Of a stretch of DNA of 64,000 nt, positions 1 to 11,599 are shown in pieces. A program made the translations under genes and the position numbers. Location: assembly GCA_010909165.1 (NCBI GenBank), contig MU008153.1:248001-312000 (forward strand). The letters are read 5' to 3'. The notes beneath the pieces were generated by a model. That model saw only the letters and a program-made list of their open reading frames with translations, searched no databases and had not been told where the DNA came from. Every line of letters starts with the position of its first letter. Position 1 is the stretch's first letter. This DNA is from Anthoceros angustus (lineage: Eukaryota; Plantae; Anthocerotophyta).

Positions 1-163
1 AGCAAGGATTGTGTCACGAGCGTAAGAGACTTGATGGGGAGTACCTAACCTCGGCGTGGGAGTCGGTGAAGGGTTACCGGCTGCCGATGGATGTTCGCAT
101 GATAGGGTTGTCCCATTTGAGTTGTCTTGGGCAGCCGGTGACCTTGTCATCGCCTGGGAGGAG

Positions 164-423
164 TCTTCAAGGATCGTAAGTGACATCTTTGGTGGAAAGA
201 GGAGGAGGAGGAGGAGGCAAGTGTAGCTCTCTCTCACATTGAGATGAGGCTTGGAGGTATTTATACCTCCAATAGGCTCCTAGGAAGCTCCACAAGAAGC
301 TCCTAGGAAGGAGCACAAGAAGCTTCCTAGTGATTAGCTTAAGCTAAACTAATGATACTTAATCGACACCTAACTTAGACTAAGTGTATTAGTCTAAGTA
401 CATTGGGCTTTAATACCCTTACA
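164..423 (-). repeat. 3' LTR of copia element 1
   Basis: Near-identical to 4960-5203; begins TGT on the minus strand just after the polypurine tract. Confidence 0.85.
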
Positions 424-3400
424 ACCTCCCACTTAAAGGCCAATTTACCTTCGTGGAGAATGGACTACTCATGCCCATGTCCGAGCTTGTGCAAATTGTC
501 AGAGAGTCCCTTGGTAAGAATATCTAGGTTCGCCGGTGTGAACCTTGACAAGTTGTACCCTCTTGTCAACACCTCTCGAATGAAGTGATACTTCACATCC
601 ACATGTTTAGTCTTCGCATGAAACATCGGATTCTTTGCCAATTGATAGCACCTATCACAATGCAACACCGGCACTCAACCTTGATCCCCAAGTCTCCCAC
701 TAAACGAGCAAGCCATATGGCTTCCTTGCCCCGCCACGCAACATACTCTCCGTGGTAGATAGCGAATGCACGATCGCAAACGAGATCGCCATGAGATCGC
801 CTCCAAAGGCACGTGAAGACATAACTCGATGTGGACCTCCTTTTGTCCATATCCTCGTGATAATCGTATCTGTACCCAACCACACATGCATCTTCACTAC
901 CAAAACATATGCACAAAGCTTTTGTACCATTCGGATACCTCATAACTCCTTTTATCGCCTCCCAATGCTTCTTGCTGTGGTTTGACATAAACCGCTAACC
1001 ACTCCCACGCAAAGGCAATGTCGGACGCAGTAGCAATCATTGCATACATCAAACTCCTACCTGATGAGTATGGGACCTTCTCCATTTCACTTTGTCCTCC
1101 TCGTAGCTTGGGCAATCCGCTTGAAAGTTTCACATATGGAGGCAATGGAGTACCCAATGGCTTCCCTTCTCCATGTTGAAACGTTGAAGCACTCAATGTA
1201 TTCCCGAGACAAATAAAGCGCTTATGTCTCTGCTCCGACGAATACGCATGCCAAGTATATGGCTCGCCTCTCCCAAGTCTGTCATTTCAAAGTGAGCATT
1301 CAACTTTGACTTCCAAATCTCATCAAGACTGCTCCCAAAGAATTAGCATATCATCCACATAGAGGATCAAAATGAGCAAGCTTTGATCCTTAGCTTGTCA
1401 GATAGAGGCAATGATCCTCATCGCTACGCTTGTAGCCTTGAGAAAGCATAAATGAGTGGAACTTGTGATACCACTGGGTGCCTTTTCAAACCATAAAGGC
1501 TCTTCCTCAACCTGCACACTTCTCTTTGCCCTTCTCAACAAAACCTTCGTTCGCATGTAGACCTCTTGAAGGTCACCATGCAAGAATGCCGCCTTGACAT
1601 CCATCCGCAGTTCCATATCATTCTCGCAACCAAAGCAAGAACACATCGCAAAGTTGTCATTTTGACTATGGTGAGAAAATCTCATCAAAGTCAATGCCGT
1701 TGTTGCTTGAAACCCTTAGCAACCAATCTTGTACTTTGTGCCATCAAGGTATGACCTTCATCTTGTACACCCATTTGCACAGTGCCTTCTTATCCTAGGC
1801 AAAACCAACTCCCAAGTTTGGTTCTTATGCACAATTCATTTCGATCGCATGGCCTTCTCCCACTTCTTTGTCGCTGACATGGCCTCTTTGTAAGAAGAGG
1901 GTTCCCCACACTCGTCACATAACATAATCCGTAGATGGATCATACCGCCGTGAGGTCGTAATCCCCGCCTCGACCCACGGCATGTGCACCTCTATAGGTG
2001 CTTGTTCGACTCTTGGTTCATCTACCGATGGAGGAATGTGCCCGCATTACCACTGCTATCAACCCGCCCATGATGATCATGTCCATCTTCTTGAAGATCA
2101 CCCTTCGCACCTCCAGCTTGGAGTAGGCTTCTGCATCTTGTTCTCATTGAAGAACACGCCGTTAGTACGAACAACCTTTCTAGCCTCGATCCCACAAACG
2201 GTATCCCATCTCACCGAATCACCATAGCCAAGAAAAATACATTTCTTGGACTTAGGTGCCAACTTGTCCCAACTCTTTTGGAACATGGCAAGATGCCTCA
2301 TACCCAAACACTCGCAGATGCTTGTAGGATGGTTTCTTTCCGCACCATAGCTCCTCGAACTCGCCATCAATTTTATTAGGAGATCTCATAATAAGATGAA
2401 CTGCAGAGACATGCTCGCCCAAAACCCATTAGGCAATCCGTAGTTTGACAACAACCACGATCCTCTCCGAATGGTTCTGCTTCATCCGCCACCCACACCA
2501 TTTTGTGGAGGAGTATACGCGTTAATTTCTTTTGATTCCCTTGGAATCATGTAATGACCGGAAAGCTGAAACATACTCGCCACCATTATCCGCCCCTTAG
2601 ACACTTCAATCGGCAATCGATTCTACAAGGGTGACAAATTTCAAACACCGCCGAACTTCATCCTTTTTCCTCAAAGGATAAACCCACACCTTGCGTGAGA
2701 AATCATCTATGAAAGTGACAAAATAGGAGGCACCGCCTAATGATGCGGCATAGGTCCACATACATCACGTGAACCAACTCAAGAGGTTTACTTACTTTTA
2801 CCTCTTGTTCGATGTGATGATTTTGTCTGCTTCCCATATAAACAAAGTGCTCACACATCGAGAGATCGAGAAGTTAAGAACAGTGGATATAACCAGAACG
2901 AGATAAAACCTTCATTCCCTTCTCGAGACATATGTCCTAACCGCAATGCCACAAGGAAACATTTGGTTGCTCTGTCACAGATCACATGATCTTTGGATGT
3001 TTACAAGTGAGTACAAAGTGCCACACTCGATCCACGAGCTAACACAAGAGAACCTTTGGAGATCTTCCAAGAGTGATCCCCAAAACCAAAGTGGTAACCA
3101 AAGATCATCCAACCGCCCCGCGCTAATCATGCTCTTTGTCAACTTGAACATACTGCGTCCTTGAATGAATGAAGATCCGTTGTCAAACTTGAGTTGCACA
3201 TCACCCACGCCCGCGATCCGCATGCATAGTTATTTCCAAGCCTAACGATCCTTTCCTTGTAGCATCATACGTGTTAAACCACTCTCTATGAGGAGTAACA
3301 TGGAAAGATGCACCGAGTCAATTATCCAATTGCGTAAATGACTATCCACTACTGTTAATGCAAGATTCAAGTAAGAAGAGATAAGGACATCTCCGTCCTC

Positions 3401-4284
3401 AACGAGTTTAACTCTTCCAACTCGATGCATTTAAGTCGCCTTGTCGCCCCGCTTCTTCCTTGGTCCTTTTGAACTTCTCGCACTCTCTTTTGAAGTGACC
3501 CCTTTTGTGACAATAGTGACACTCCACATTCTTGTTACTACTAGATTTGCTACGAGAAGCTTCCGTCTGCTGTTTCCCTTCGCAGTGGACCTCCCTCTCA
3601 CTATGAGGGCACCGGAACCTTTGAAGGTTCCATATTTTCCTGCTCACCTCGCCAATGTGCTACCTTCTACATTTACAATGGTAAGACCACTAGCAAAGGT
3701 TACTCGTGAGTGCAAAAGGTGTCCCAACCTCCGTAATGTGACCAATAAACATAGCTCTCACTAACTGGGAACGTGATACCTTGAGATGAGAGTCTGAAAT
3801 GGTATTGAAATCATTCGATGATCGGACATCCTCGTCCCTTCCTTCATCTTCAAGTCCACCAGCTTCAACCAATACACCCGAGAAGCCGCACTTTGCTTCT
3901 CACAGTCACACCTTCCGCCAGTAAAGAACTCGTGGTCTTATCTTTCACATTGAAGTACCTTTTTTTTGACAATGTTAGCATGATAGTAGATCTAGCAAGC
4001 TCATCCAGTCCCGCCACTCATCCCGTCATACTATCCGGTTTGACGCCTAACAACTTTATGGGCTTGATCCGCTTTTTCGCACTAGAACATTATACACTTG
4101 TTCTTTCCGAACGGGAAGTTAGTACCATCTAACTTCTCGATATTGAACATAGCGTTTTACGTGATGAAGACATCATGACTCAAAAATCGATACGTATTAA
4201 ACACTCAACTCGCCTTGTTAGAAAAGTCAAAAAGCACCGCGTATTGTTGTTGGATTTATTCCACTCGCGTTGAACCCACTTCCG

Positions 4285-4870
4285 CGCTCACGCCGCGACA
4301 TCGCGCCACGGCACCCGCCTGCGGCCCTCACGCCCGCGCGGCGCCACGCGCCGCCGCCACCGCGCGCCCGCCGCCGCGGCAGCCAGCGGCCGCCGCCGCT
4401 GGCCACGCTGCCGCGGCCCACCCTGCCACCGCGCGGCCGGCCGCCGCCGCGCCCCGCTGCCACGCCCGCCGCGCGGCCGCGCGCGCCGCCGCCGCGCCCC
4501 GCTCCCGCGGCCGCCCGGCTTGCGCGCCAGCGGCGCGGCGCGCCGCGCGCGCGCGGCGCCGGCGCCCGCGCGCGCGCCTGCGCGGCTGCGCGCGCCGCGC
4601 CGCGCGCGGCGGCTGGCCCGCGCCCAGCGCCGCGGCTGGCGCCGCGCCGCGGCCGCCCCGCCGGCGCTGGCGCGCGCCGCGCGGCCGCCCAGCGCGGCGC
4701 GCCCGCCTCGCGGCCGCCCGCCGGCGCGCGCGCCCGCCGCCGCGGCCGCCACCCCCGCCGCCCTCCGCGGCCGCGGCCGTGCGCGCCCGCCGCGGCTGCG
4801 CGTGCCGCGGCCTCGCCCTCGCGGCCTCATCCGCTCGCGGCCTCGCCCTCGCGGCTGCGGCGTTCGCGAC
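4285..4870. repeat. Almost pure G/C low-complexity tract in the copia leader region
   Basis: About 580 bp of cgcgccgccg-type sequence with very few A/T; the ORFs here are Ala/Arg/Pro noise. Confidence 0.8.
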
Positions 4871-4959
4871 CCTTGCGATCTGGATCACTGCAATTCCACG
4901 GTGCTGCGCCCCAGCTAGAAAATTCTAGCATCACAACACAACCAAACCATGGCTCATAC

Positions 4960-5203
4960 TGCTTGAAGGATCGTGGGTGGAAAGAGGAGAGGAGAGGAGG
5001 AGGCAAGTGTAACTCTCTCACATTGAGATGAGGCTTGGAGGTATTTATACCTCCAATAGAGCTCCTAGGAAGCTCCACAAGAAGCTCCTAGGAAGGAGCA
5101 CAAGAAGCTTCCTAGTGATTAGCTTAAGCTAAACTAATGATACTTAATCGACACCTAACTTAGACTAAGTGTATTAGTCTAAGTACATTGGCTTTAATAC
5201 TCA
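4960..5203 (-). repeat. 5' LTR of copia element 1
   Basis: Near-identical to 164-423; adjacent to GGCTCATAC, a degraded reverse complement of the TGGTATCAGAGCC PBS. Confidence 0.82.
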
Positions 5204-5689
5204 GTTGTCAAGGCATCCTCTGCAGGCAAGGTCACAAGGTCAGGATCCACTAACAAAGATAGTTCTAACGATGAGGATCTTGCGCTTGATCCAAAGGGCA
5301 AAAAGGCCTGTGGATACATGTTGGAGAATGTGCCGATGCATGAGCGTGAAGAAGCACAGGGAGGATTTTGCCACGATCCGAGGAGTGTGGGGTCGAGCTT
5401 CTATTGGATGCCCAATTTGGTTCGAGGCTCATAGGTTGAGGTCCATGTGGACTAACCTGCTCCTTTGGAACATTGAAGTGTGCGAGGTCGCTTCACCAAG
5501 CGACCTAATCATGTTGTCAAGGATGTGCTAGACGGAAGGCATGCCCAACAAGTCATCAAGATCGACAACTGCCAGACTTTCCGTGAACACGCTGGATACC
5601 CCATGGCGGCTTGGCCAACCTTTGTGTCCAAGTCAAGTCTTACGCCTTGAACCATGGCCGGCATTGAGGTGGACAAACATGGTGTGGAG

Positions 5690-7225
5690 GTGAATTTGTG
5701 TCTAGGGACACCGTGAGGTCCACATTCACCCTCAATGTCGTAGGCCTAGGATTCGCTCCGATGGTGTCGACATAGCATCTAGGGTCCATGGACCTCATCC
5801 AGTCGCCCGTGGTCTTCAACCTTCCCGGCACTCAATGCAACCACTTGGGCTTTAAGGCAATGCCAGCGCCCTTAAATGAACAAAGTTAGTTCGCGCCATG
5901 CAAGCATCCTTAAAATCAACAAAGTTGAATTATTGACAAGATATGAGGTTTGAACACGGAATCTACTCAACTACTACTACCTCCCGACTTGTCCAACGAC
6001 CGCAAATCTCATTCCACGACCGCAAATCTCATTCCACGACCGCAAATCTCATTCCACGACCGCCGCGCCGCGGCTGGCGGCTGGCGGCGCGGCGCCGCGC
6101 CGCGCCGCGGCTGGCGGCTGGCGGCGCGCCCGCCGCCACATGGTGGTGTGTTAGGGGAGGGCACCGCCGCGCCCGCGGCGCGCGGCGCGCGCGCCGCGCG
6201 CGGCGCCGCGCGCCGCGCCGCGCCGCGCGCGGCGCCGCGCCGCGCCGCGGCTGGCGGCTGGCGGCGGCGCGCGCGCGGCCGCGGCCCGCCGCCACCGCCG
6301 CGCCGCGGCTGGCGGCGGCGCGCGCGGCCGCGGCCGCCGCGCCCGCCGCGGCTGGCGGCGGCGCGCGCGCGGCGCGCCGCGCCGCGCGGCCGCGCGCGCG
6401 CGGCGCCGCGGATCCACGCACCTCTAGGGCACTTCCATCGAAAAATTCAGAGGCTAACCTTAGAAACAACTTGGAATGAAGGCTAACCTTAGAAGCAATG
6501 CTTAATCGAAAGATCGGGTCGGTTGAGTGTAGAGGTACTCACTTGAAGATAGTGATGACAAGAAGTCGGACCAAGTGATGACGGTGATTGAACTCAATGA
6601 GTAAACAAATCTGTTTTTTCGGTCGCAGAAAGCAACATTGTAAGTCCGATTCGATGTTACTGGCAGGGAAATACGTCCGTGCTTTTGTGGTGTCATTAGA
6701 AAACCACATTTTCCTCCCAAAGAGTCATATCCTTCCGGCAGAACGCCTTCCTCACGCTCCTACTTTGCATTATTCCTAAGTTCGAGTTCGACCACCATTC
6801 GACCAAACATTGCCGGATGGAAAGTAGTAACTTTATGGTGACACCTTTTTCGGAGCTGTTTTTCGCAATGCCTTCAAACGCTGTTTAGGCCATCAAACCC
6901 CTTGAGATTATTTGAAAACCCTTCAGATTATTCACCAAAATTATCATGTTACAAGTTGATCGCCTTCAAACATGAGACATCTTAGGTGAAGAGCAATATT
7001 GTGGAGTGTGAATTTGTGTCTAGGGACACCGTGAGGTCCACATTCACCCCTCAATGTCGTTGTAGGCTTAGGATTCGCTCCCAAGGGAATGGTTTGTGCC
7101 AAGAGACGCTAACTTCTATCACTCGACCTTTGCCTAAGTCGGGACTTACCTATCACCCCTCTTACCTATCTACTCAACTACTACTACCTCCCGACTTGTC
7201 CAACGACCGCAAATCTCATTCCAAT
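5690..7225. repeat. Dispersed direct repeats, a 20-bp tandem and a second G/C tract (degenerate retroelement sequence)
   Basis: About 5685-5758 matches 7001-7081; about 5961-6016 matches 7168-7223; (cgaccgcaaatctcattcca)x3 at about 5997-6060; G/C tract at 6061-6412. Confidence 0.75.
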
Positions 7226-7329
7226 GTAAATCTCATTCCACTCACGGGTAGTTGCTGACTACCGAGGTGGGTCCCACCAAACCCTAGCAACTCATCTCGG
7301 CGCGGCGCGGATCCACGCGGGCGCTACGG

Positions 7330-9640
7330 TGCTCACGGATCGGACTTTATTTTGGCACTCCACACTTCATGCACACACCAATTCCTAGGGACCAAAGTTC
7401 CACATCCTCTCAACCGTTCTCTCACACACACACAAAGGCGCCACCTCACACAATTCCACAAGGAATCTGTTTCCTCTTGTGCACACTTCCACCAACAAAA
7501 GTTTGGATTATTTTGGATCCACACAAATCTCCTTAGTCTCTCAATTAGTTCCCTTCTCAACTCCTCTTACACAGATCAGCTGTTCAATCACTCCTTCACC
7601 AATCTTCTCTCTCTCTCTCTCTCCTCAATTCGCAGCTTCCAACCATCCACTCAACACTTCTCTCTCAATTTGAACACAACTAATGTGAACAAGGGTGAAG
7701 GAAAGAAGAACCCCGGGCTCACAGGCGTTACGAGCAAGCTCCCGAGACCCGCCGCCAATCCCTTGGTTTCCTCCTCCTTTGTCGCAAGATTGCTCTATCA
7801 CCCCTCCTCCCCGGTTGCGGAGCAAGCTCTCGACCACCCCTAGGAGCGTCTCGCGCACACCACCTCGCTAATCCTCCTCCAACCAGCCACAGCAGCGGGG
7901 ATCTCAACCAGGAGTTATCTGATGTGAGGGGCACAACCAAGCCCCTTTATACAATTCTTTGGGCGTCATAGCCACCGGACTTTCCAGTCCTAAAACGGCA
8001 ACGCCAAGAGGCGCCCCTACAATTTCGGACGGCCTTAGGTCCAGATGGCATCCTATCCAAAGTTCTATTCCTAGGATGCCACTACTCCCACCCATGTTAT
8101 CTCCGCACTCCGATTTGGTCGCCTTCGCCCTTCGCTGAATTTATGGGTCCTCCTTCCTCGTTCTTGATCTGGAAAATCCTCCCATAAACTCTCCTTTGTT
8201 TTCCATGATCCCAAGTCCCAGCTCCCTCACCAATCCTCCACCTCGGACCCTCCAATGGTCCATATTTGGCCATTGCTAAATTTCGCAGCAACCTTGGGCG
8301 CCATGCTCTGCAAAACCCTCACCTACGCCTCAATTGCTGATAACTCGCCTCGGAATCTCCAACTTGGTCGGTCCCCGGGGTTTCTTCCTTCCAGAATCGC
8401 GAGCTCCCGCCGCCACTGTGGCCTCGCCTTACAGCCTCGTGCGAGCTCGTGCCTGTCGGGATCGTCTGAGCTACCCTGCCGGCCTCGTGCCTTCCGAGTT
8501 CCCTTAGGGTTATATTTCCCGGAAACTCTACGACGCCAACCGGCTTCGCTACCACTTCTTCTTCCGCGACCCTCCTTCCTTCCACGACCGCCTCCCGCCG
8601 CCAACCGTCTTGAAACATAGTCCCTGACACCCCCACCACACACCGCTCAACTACGCTGGTTCGACCTCTAGCCTACGGACCTCGCCAAATATGGGGACCC
8701 CCTCCCACATATATAGACTTTCTATTAGATATTCCGAGACCAAAGGCCAAGGAGTATCGAGTTCATAGTCTAAGGACCGATTATTATTCAACCCGAAACA
8801 ACCCAAAACTCATAGGTCAAGGACACTTTCTAGTATAAATATCCCTTCCTCGACAACCTAGCTCGTTTTGACACCAAACTTAGCGTAAAAAAACAAAAAT
8901 CACTCAAAGACACAATCCAACAGGGAGTTTCGAAATCCAGATCGTTTACACATGGCGAGGCCTTGGGAGAGCCAAAAGAGAGGAGTTGGCCATGGGGTTC
9001 TGCCGGAGCCATGAAGACACCGGGAGTGAGAAGGCAGTGTCGATTGCTTGGGCAAGCATTTGGCGTGAACATGATGACTGGTTGTTTAGCGGAGTCGCTT
9101 ACCAACTCGAAACCGAAGGCGGGGTTGAAGCGGCCGGGTCCGGTGGGTGAAGGACATTCAAAGACTCGCATCTCAACAGAGAAGGCGAGTTTGGAGGCAA
9201 GGAGGCGAGCACGTAGAGGCGTGCAAGCCATCGAGCCACGCCACATGAGTGGTTAGCACAGTCGAGTTGAAGAGCAATCAGCGTCGGCTAAAGGAGTTGT
9301 TGGAGGCATCGCGACATGTGTTTGCTTTCACGCTTGCGGAGATGGGGAAGTACACCAAAGGGAAGTTCCACATAGAACTAATCAAGAATGAACCAAGTTC
9401 GCAGAGGCAGTGTCAAGAAGGCAAGAAGAAAATGGCGAGCAACCGGGGGAGAGTAGTCCACATGATGTGACGCATGAGGATGTCAAGACAACCCTCCACT
9501 CATGGACAAGGTTCATAACCTCTGGACGACATTCCCGAAGGAGATTGGTTTTGTGCACAATGCACTACATGAGGTGCGTACGTCTGTAGTCCTACTAATG
9601 ATCATGTTTTGACTTAGAGTCTCACATTATCAGGGGGATT
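7330..9640 (+). mobile_element. Degenerate Ty3/gypsy-like remnant
   Basis: LTR-like end (…gggctcACA, 7723) followed by a PBS-like GGCGTTACGAGC. ORF 9249-9470 (ELLEASRHVFAFTLAEMGKYTKGKFHIELIKNEPSSQR) resembles the protease-to-RT linker of gypsy pol. Purine run AGGGGGA at about 9632. Confidence 0.45.
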
Positions 9641-10342
9641 GGTTGTACCTATATATCTGCGTATTAGATTTGTTTGCTTGGTTGTTGGTCGAGGAAGTGC
9701 TTATATGAATTGAAGTGCTTACCTCGTGCGACAGCTGTCATGCCGTGTGATACTAATCTTTGCACTTGGGTTTAGTGTTTGATTAGCATTAATTAATCCA
9801 ATTACTTATCTTTAAGTAAGTAATTAGTATTAATTAATCTAAAGTGCTTATGTTAATTAAGCATTGATTAGTGTTAATTAATCTAAGGTGCTTATGTTAA
9901 TTAAGCATTGATTAGTGTTCATTAAACATGGTTAGCAATAGCTAAGTGGATAAGCTCAAGTAATATGCTTGGGCATATTCCTTGCATATTATATTGTATT
10001 CTTAGGATATTTCTAGCATATGTTGATGCCAATAGGATATCTTAGGAATATGCCGATGCCAGGGTCTAGTATATATAGACCCTTCCATTGAGGACAAGCT
10101 CAGATCATAGCTTGTCCTCTAGATGCAATGCAAAGACCGAGTGAGGAGGCCAAAGCTATGACTCCGAGAACGATGTGTGAGGAATTTTCGTGTTGTTCTT
10201 GTGGGGAGTGTGTTTGTGCCACGATGCACGCTACTCCCTCCTTGTTATTGGTTGCACCTATATATCTGCGTATTAGATTTGTTTGCTTGGTTGTTGGTCG
10301 AGGAAGTGCTTATATGAATTCAAGTGCTTACCTCGTGCGACA
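9637..10342 (+). repeat. Solo-LTR-like element (about 9737-10342, TG…CA) preceded by a copy of its own 3' end
   Basis: About 9638-9733 is near-identical to about 10247-10342; the 605-bp unit starts TGTCATGC and ends GTGCGACA. Confidence 0.55.
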
Positions 10343-11599
10343 CTAGCCTGCATAATCCTTGCACCTCTTCCATCTTCTACCCGTAATAATATGCACATTC
10401 CTAACATCCCCACCAATCTCAAATGTGTTTCCTTGCACCTCTTCTTCTACCCCTAATGCTTTCCTAACATTCCCAATAATCTCAATTGTGTGGACTTGAG
10501 ATGAATCCACCAACTCCACCAAAATTAGCATCATCGATTTGGTTTTTTAGATAGTTCAATTTAACAAGTAACCCTAACTTTTTTGAAAGTAGCTGAAATG
10601 ATAACATTCTCATGACAACAACATTCTCAAAGTAATAATTATGCATAATATAATAAATTTACCATAATAAATGAATAATTAATTATTCAAATTGTACTAT
10701 GAATAGATAAGAATCATCATTAGGCTCAATTATAATATGATAGAGTATGGTTGAACATTTCTACGAATCTTTTACCTTGCTGCAATATCCACTGGTCGTC
10801 TACCTTCGACGCTGGCCACCACACATGAGCCTATATGAAACAGAATATGAATGAGAAAAACATAATAATAAAATTTAAGAGTACCTTGTACTCTAATGCA
10901 TGCACCTACTCACCAACTACACTTGGACGACTTTGAAGGCAAGACTTGTTGACCGAGAGCCGAGAGCATATTTGGATATTTGGAGCGTGAAGTTTCCCGG
11001 AGACCAGGGCCCCCGATGGGGCTCTGCTGCCGAAAGCAAAACAGTCGAAAGTGCTCTCAGCTTCTGCCCGATCCAACGTTTTGCGCATTGATTGAACTGT
11101 TTCGAGGCAGGAACTTCTCGGCCCTTTCGCCGTCCCTGGCGCTTTTGTTGCTGGAAGAAGGCTGCGCTCTTAGCTTGCATTGAAAGAAGGTGCCGTAGTT
11201 TTGTAGCTTGTAGTATTCTATGTCCTAGCTGAACAAGCATCAGAAAGAAAGAATTGGGCAGCCGCGAACTGTCATGTTGAGCTCAATCAAGAAAATGCGC
11301 TACTTCCTCTTCGGCAAGGAGTCTTGGTGGACCTGATGTAAGGACCGGAGTACTGGGGTGTGGACTACCTTCTTTCACGTGGCCGTCTCAGCTGTGTTGC
11401 AAAATGTGGTTGTGACAAACGGCTGTTGCCTTCTGGGTGTCCTTGCAGCTGGGCTGGTGCAGCAGGAACTGAAGGGGATGTGCTTTTGCTTGTGCGTGTG
11501 CTGCAATTGAATTGTAAGTCGTATCCGAGTGCAAGCCCTGTGCTGTTACAGTTGTGTTTGCTGTTGGGCGGGGGTCTGGTGCGGGAAAGCAAGGTCAGG

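Larger units (their letters stand above)
164..5203 (-). mobile_element. Ty1/copia LTR retrotransposon, full length but heavily frameshifted
   Basis: Direct repeats at about 164-423 and 4960-5203. Minus-strand fragments lie in copia order: gag zinc knuckle CHYCHKRGHFKREC (3408-3647), protease WIIDS (about 3320), integrase (about 2300-2800), RT LYVDDMLI (1341-1364), RNase H KNPMFHAKTKHVDVKYHFIRE (465-674). PPT AAGTGGGAGG abuts the 3' LTR; a degraded tRNA-Met PBS is at about 4951-4960. Confidence 0.92.

Noticed and set aside
4215-5031. Long Ala/Arg/Pro-rich ORFs in several frames (also 5943-6486)
   Set aside because: They arise from stop-free G/C low-complexity tracts and show no domain signal.
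159-5210. Target-site duplication for copia element 1
   Set aside because: The outer LTR boundaries are too degraded to identify a convincing 5-bp duplication.
10900-11240. Short ORFs upstream of the U-box gene
   Set aside because: No motifs or splice support; probably promoter or 5' UTR.
11360-11599. N-terminal extension of the U-box ORF
   Set aside because: It starts at GTG and looks like UTR or intron sequence; the first ATG is at 11600.
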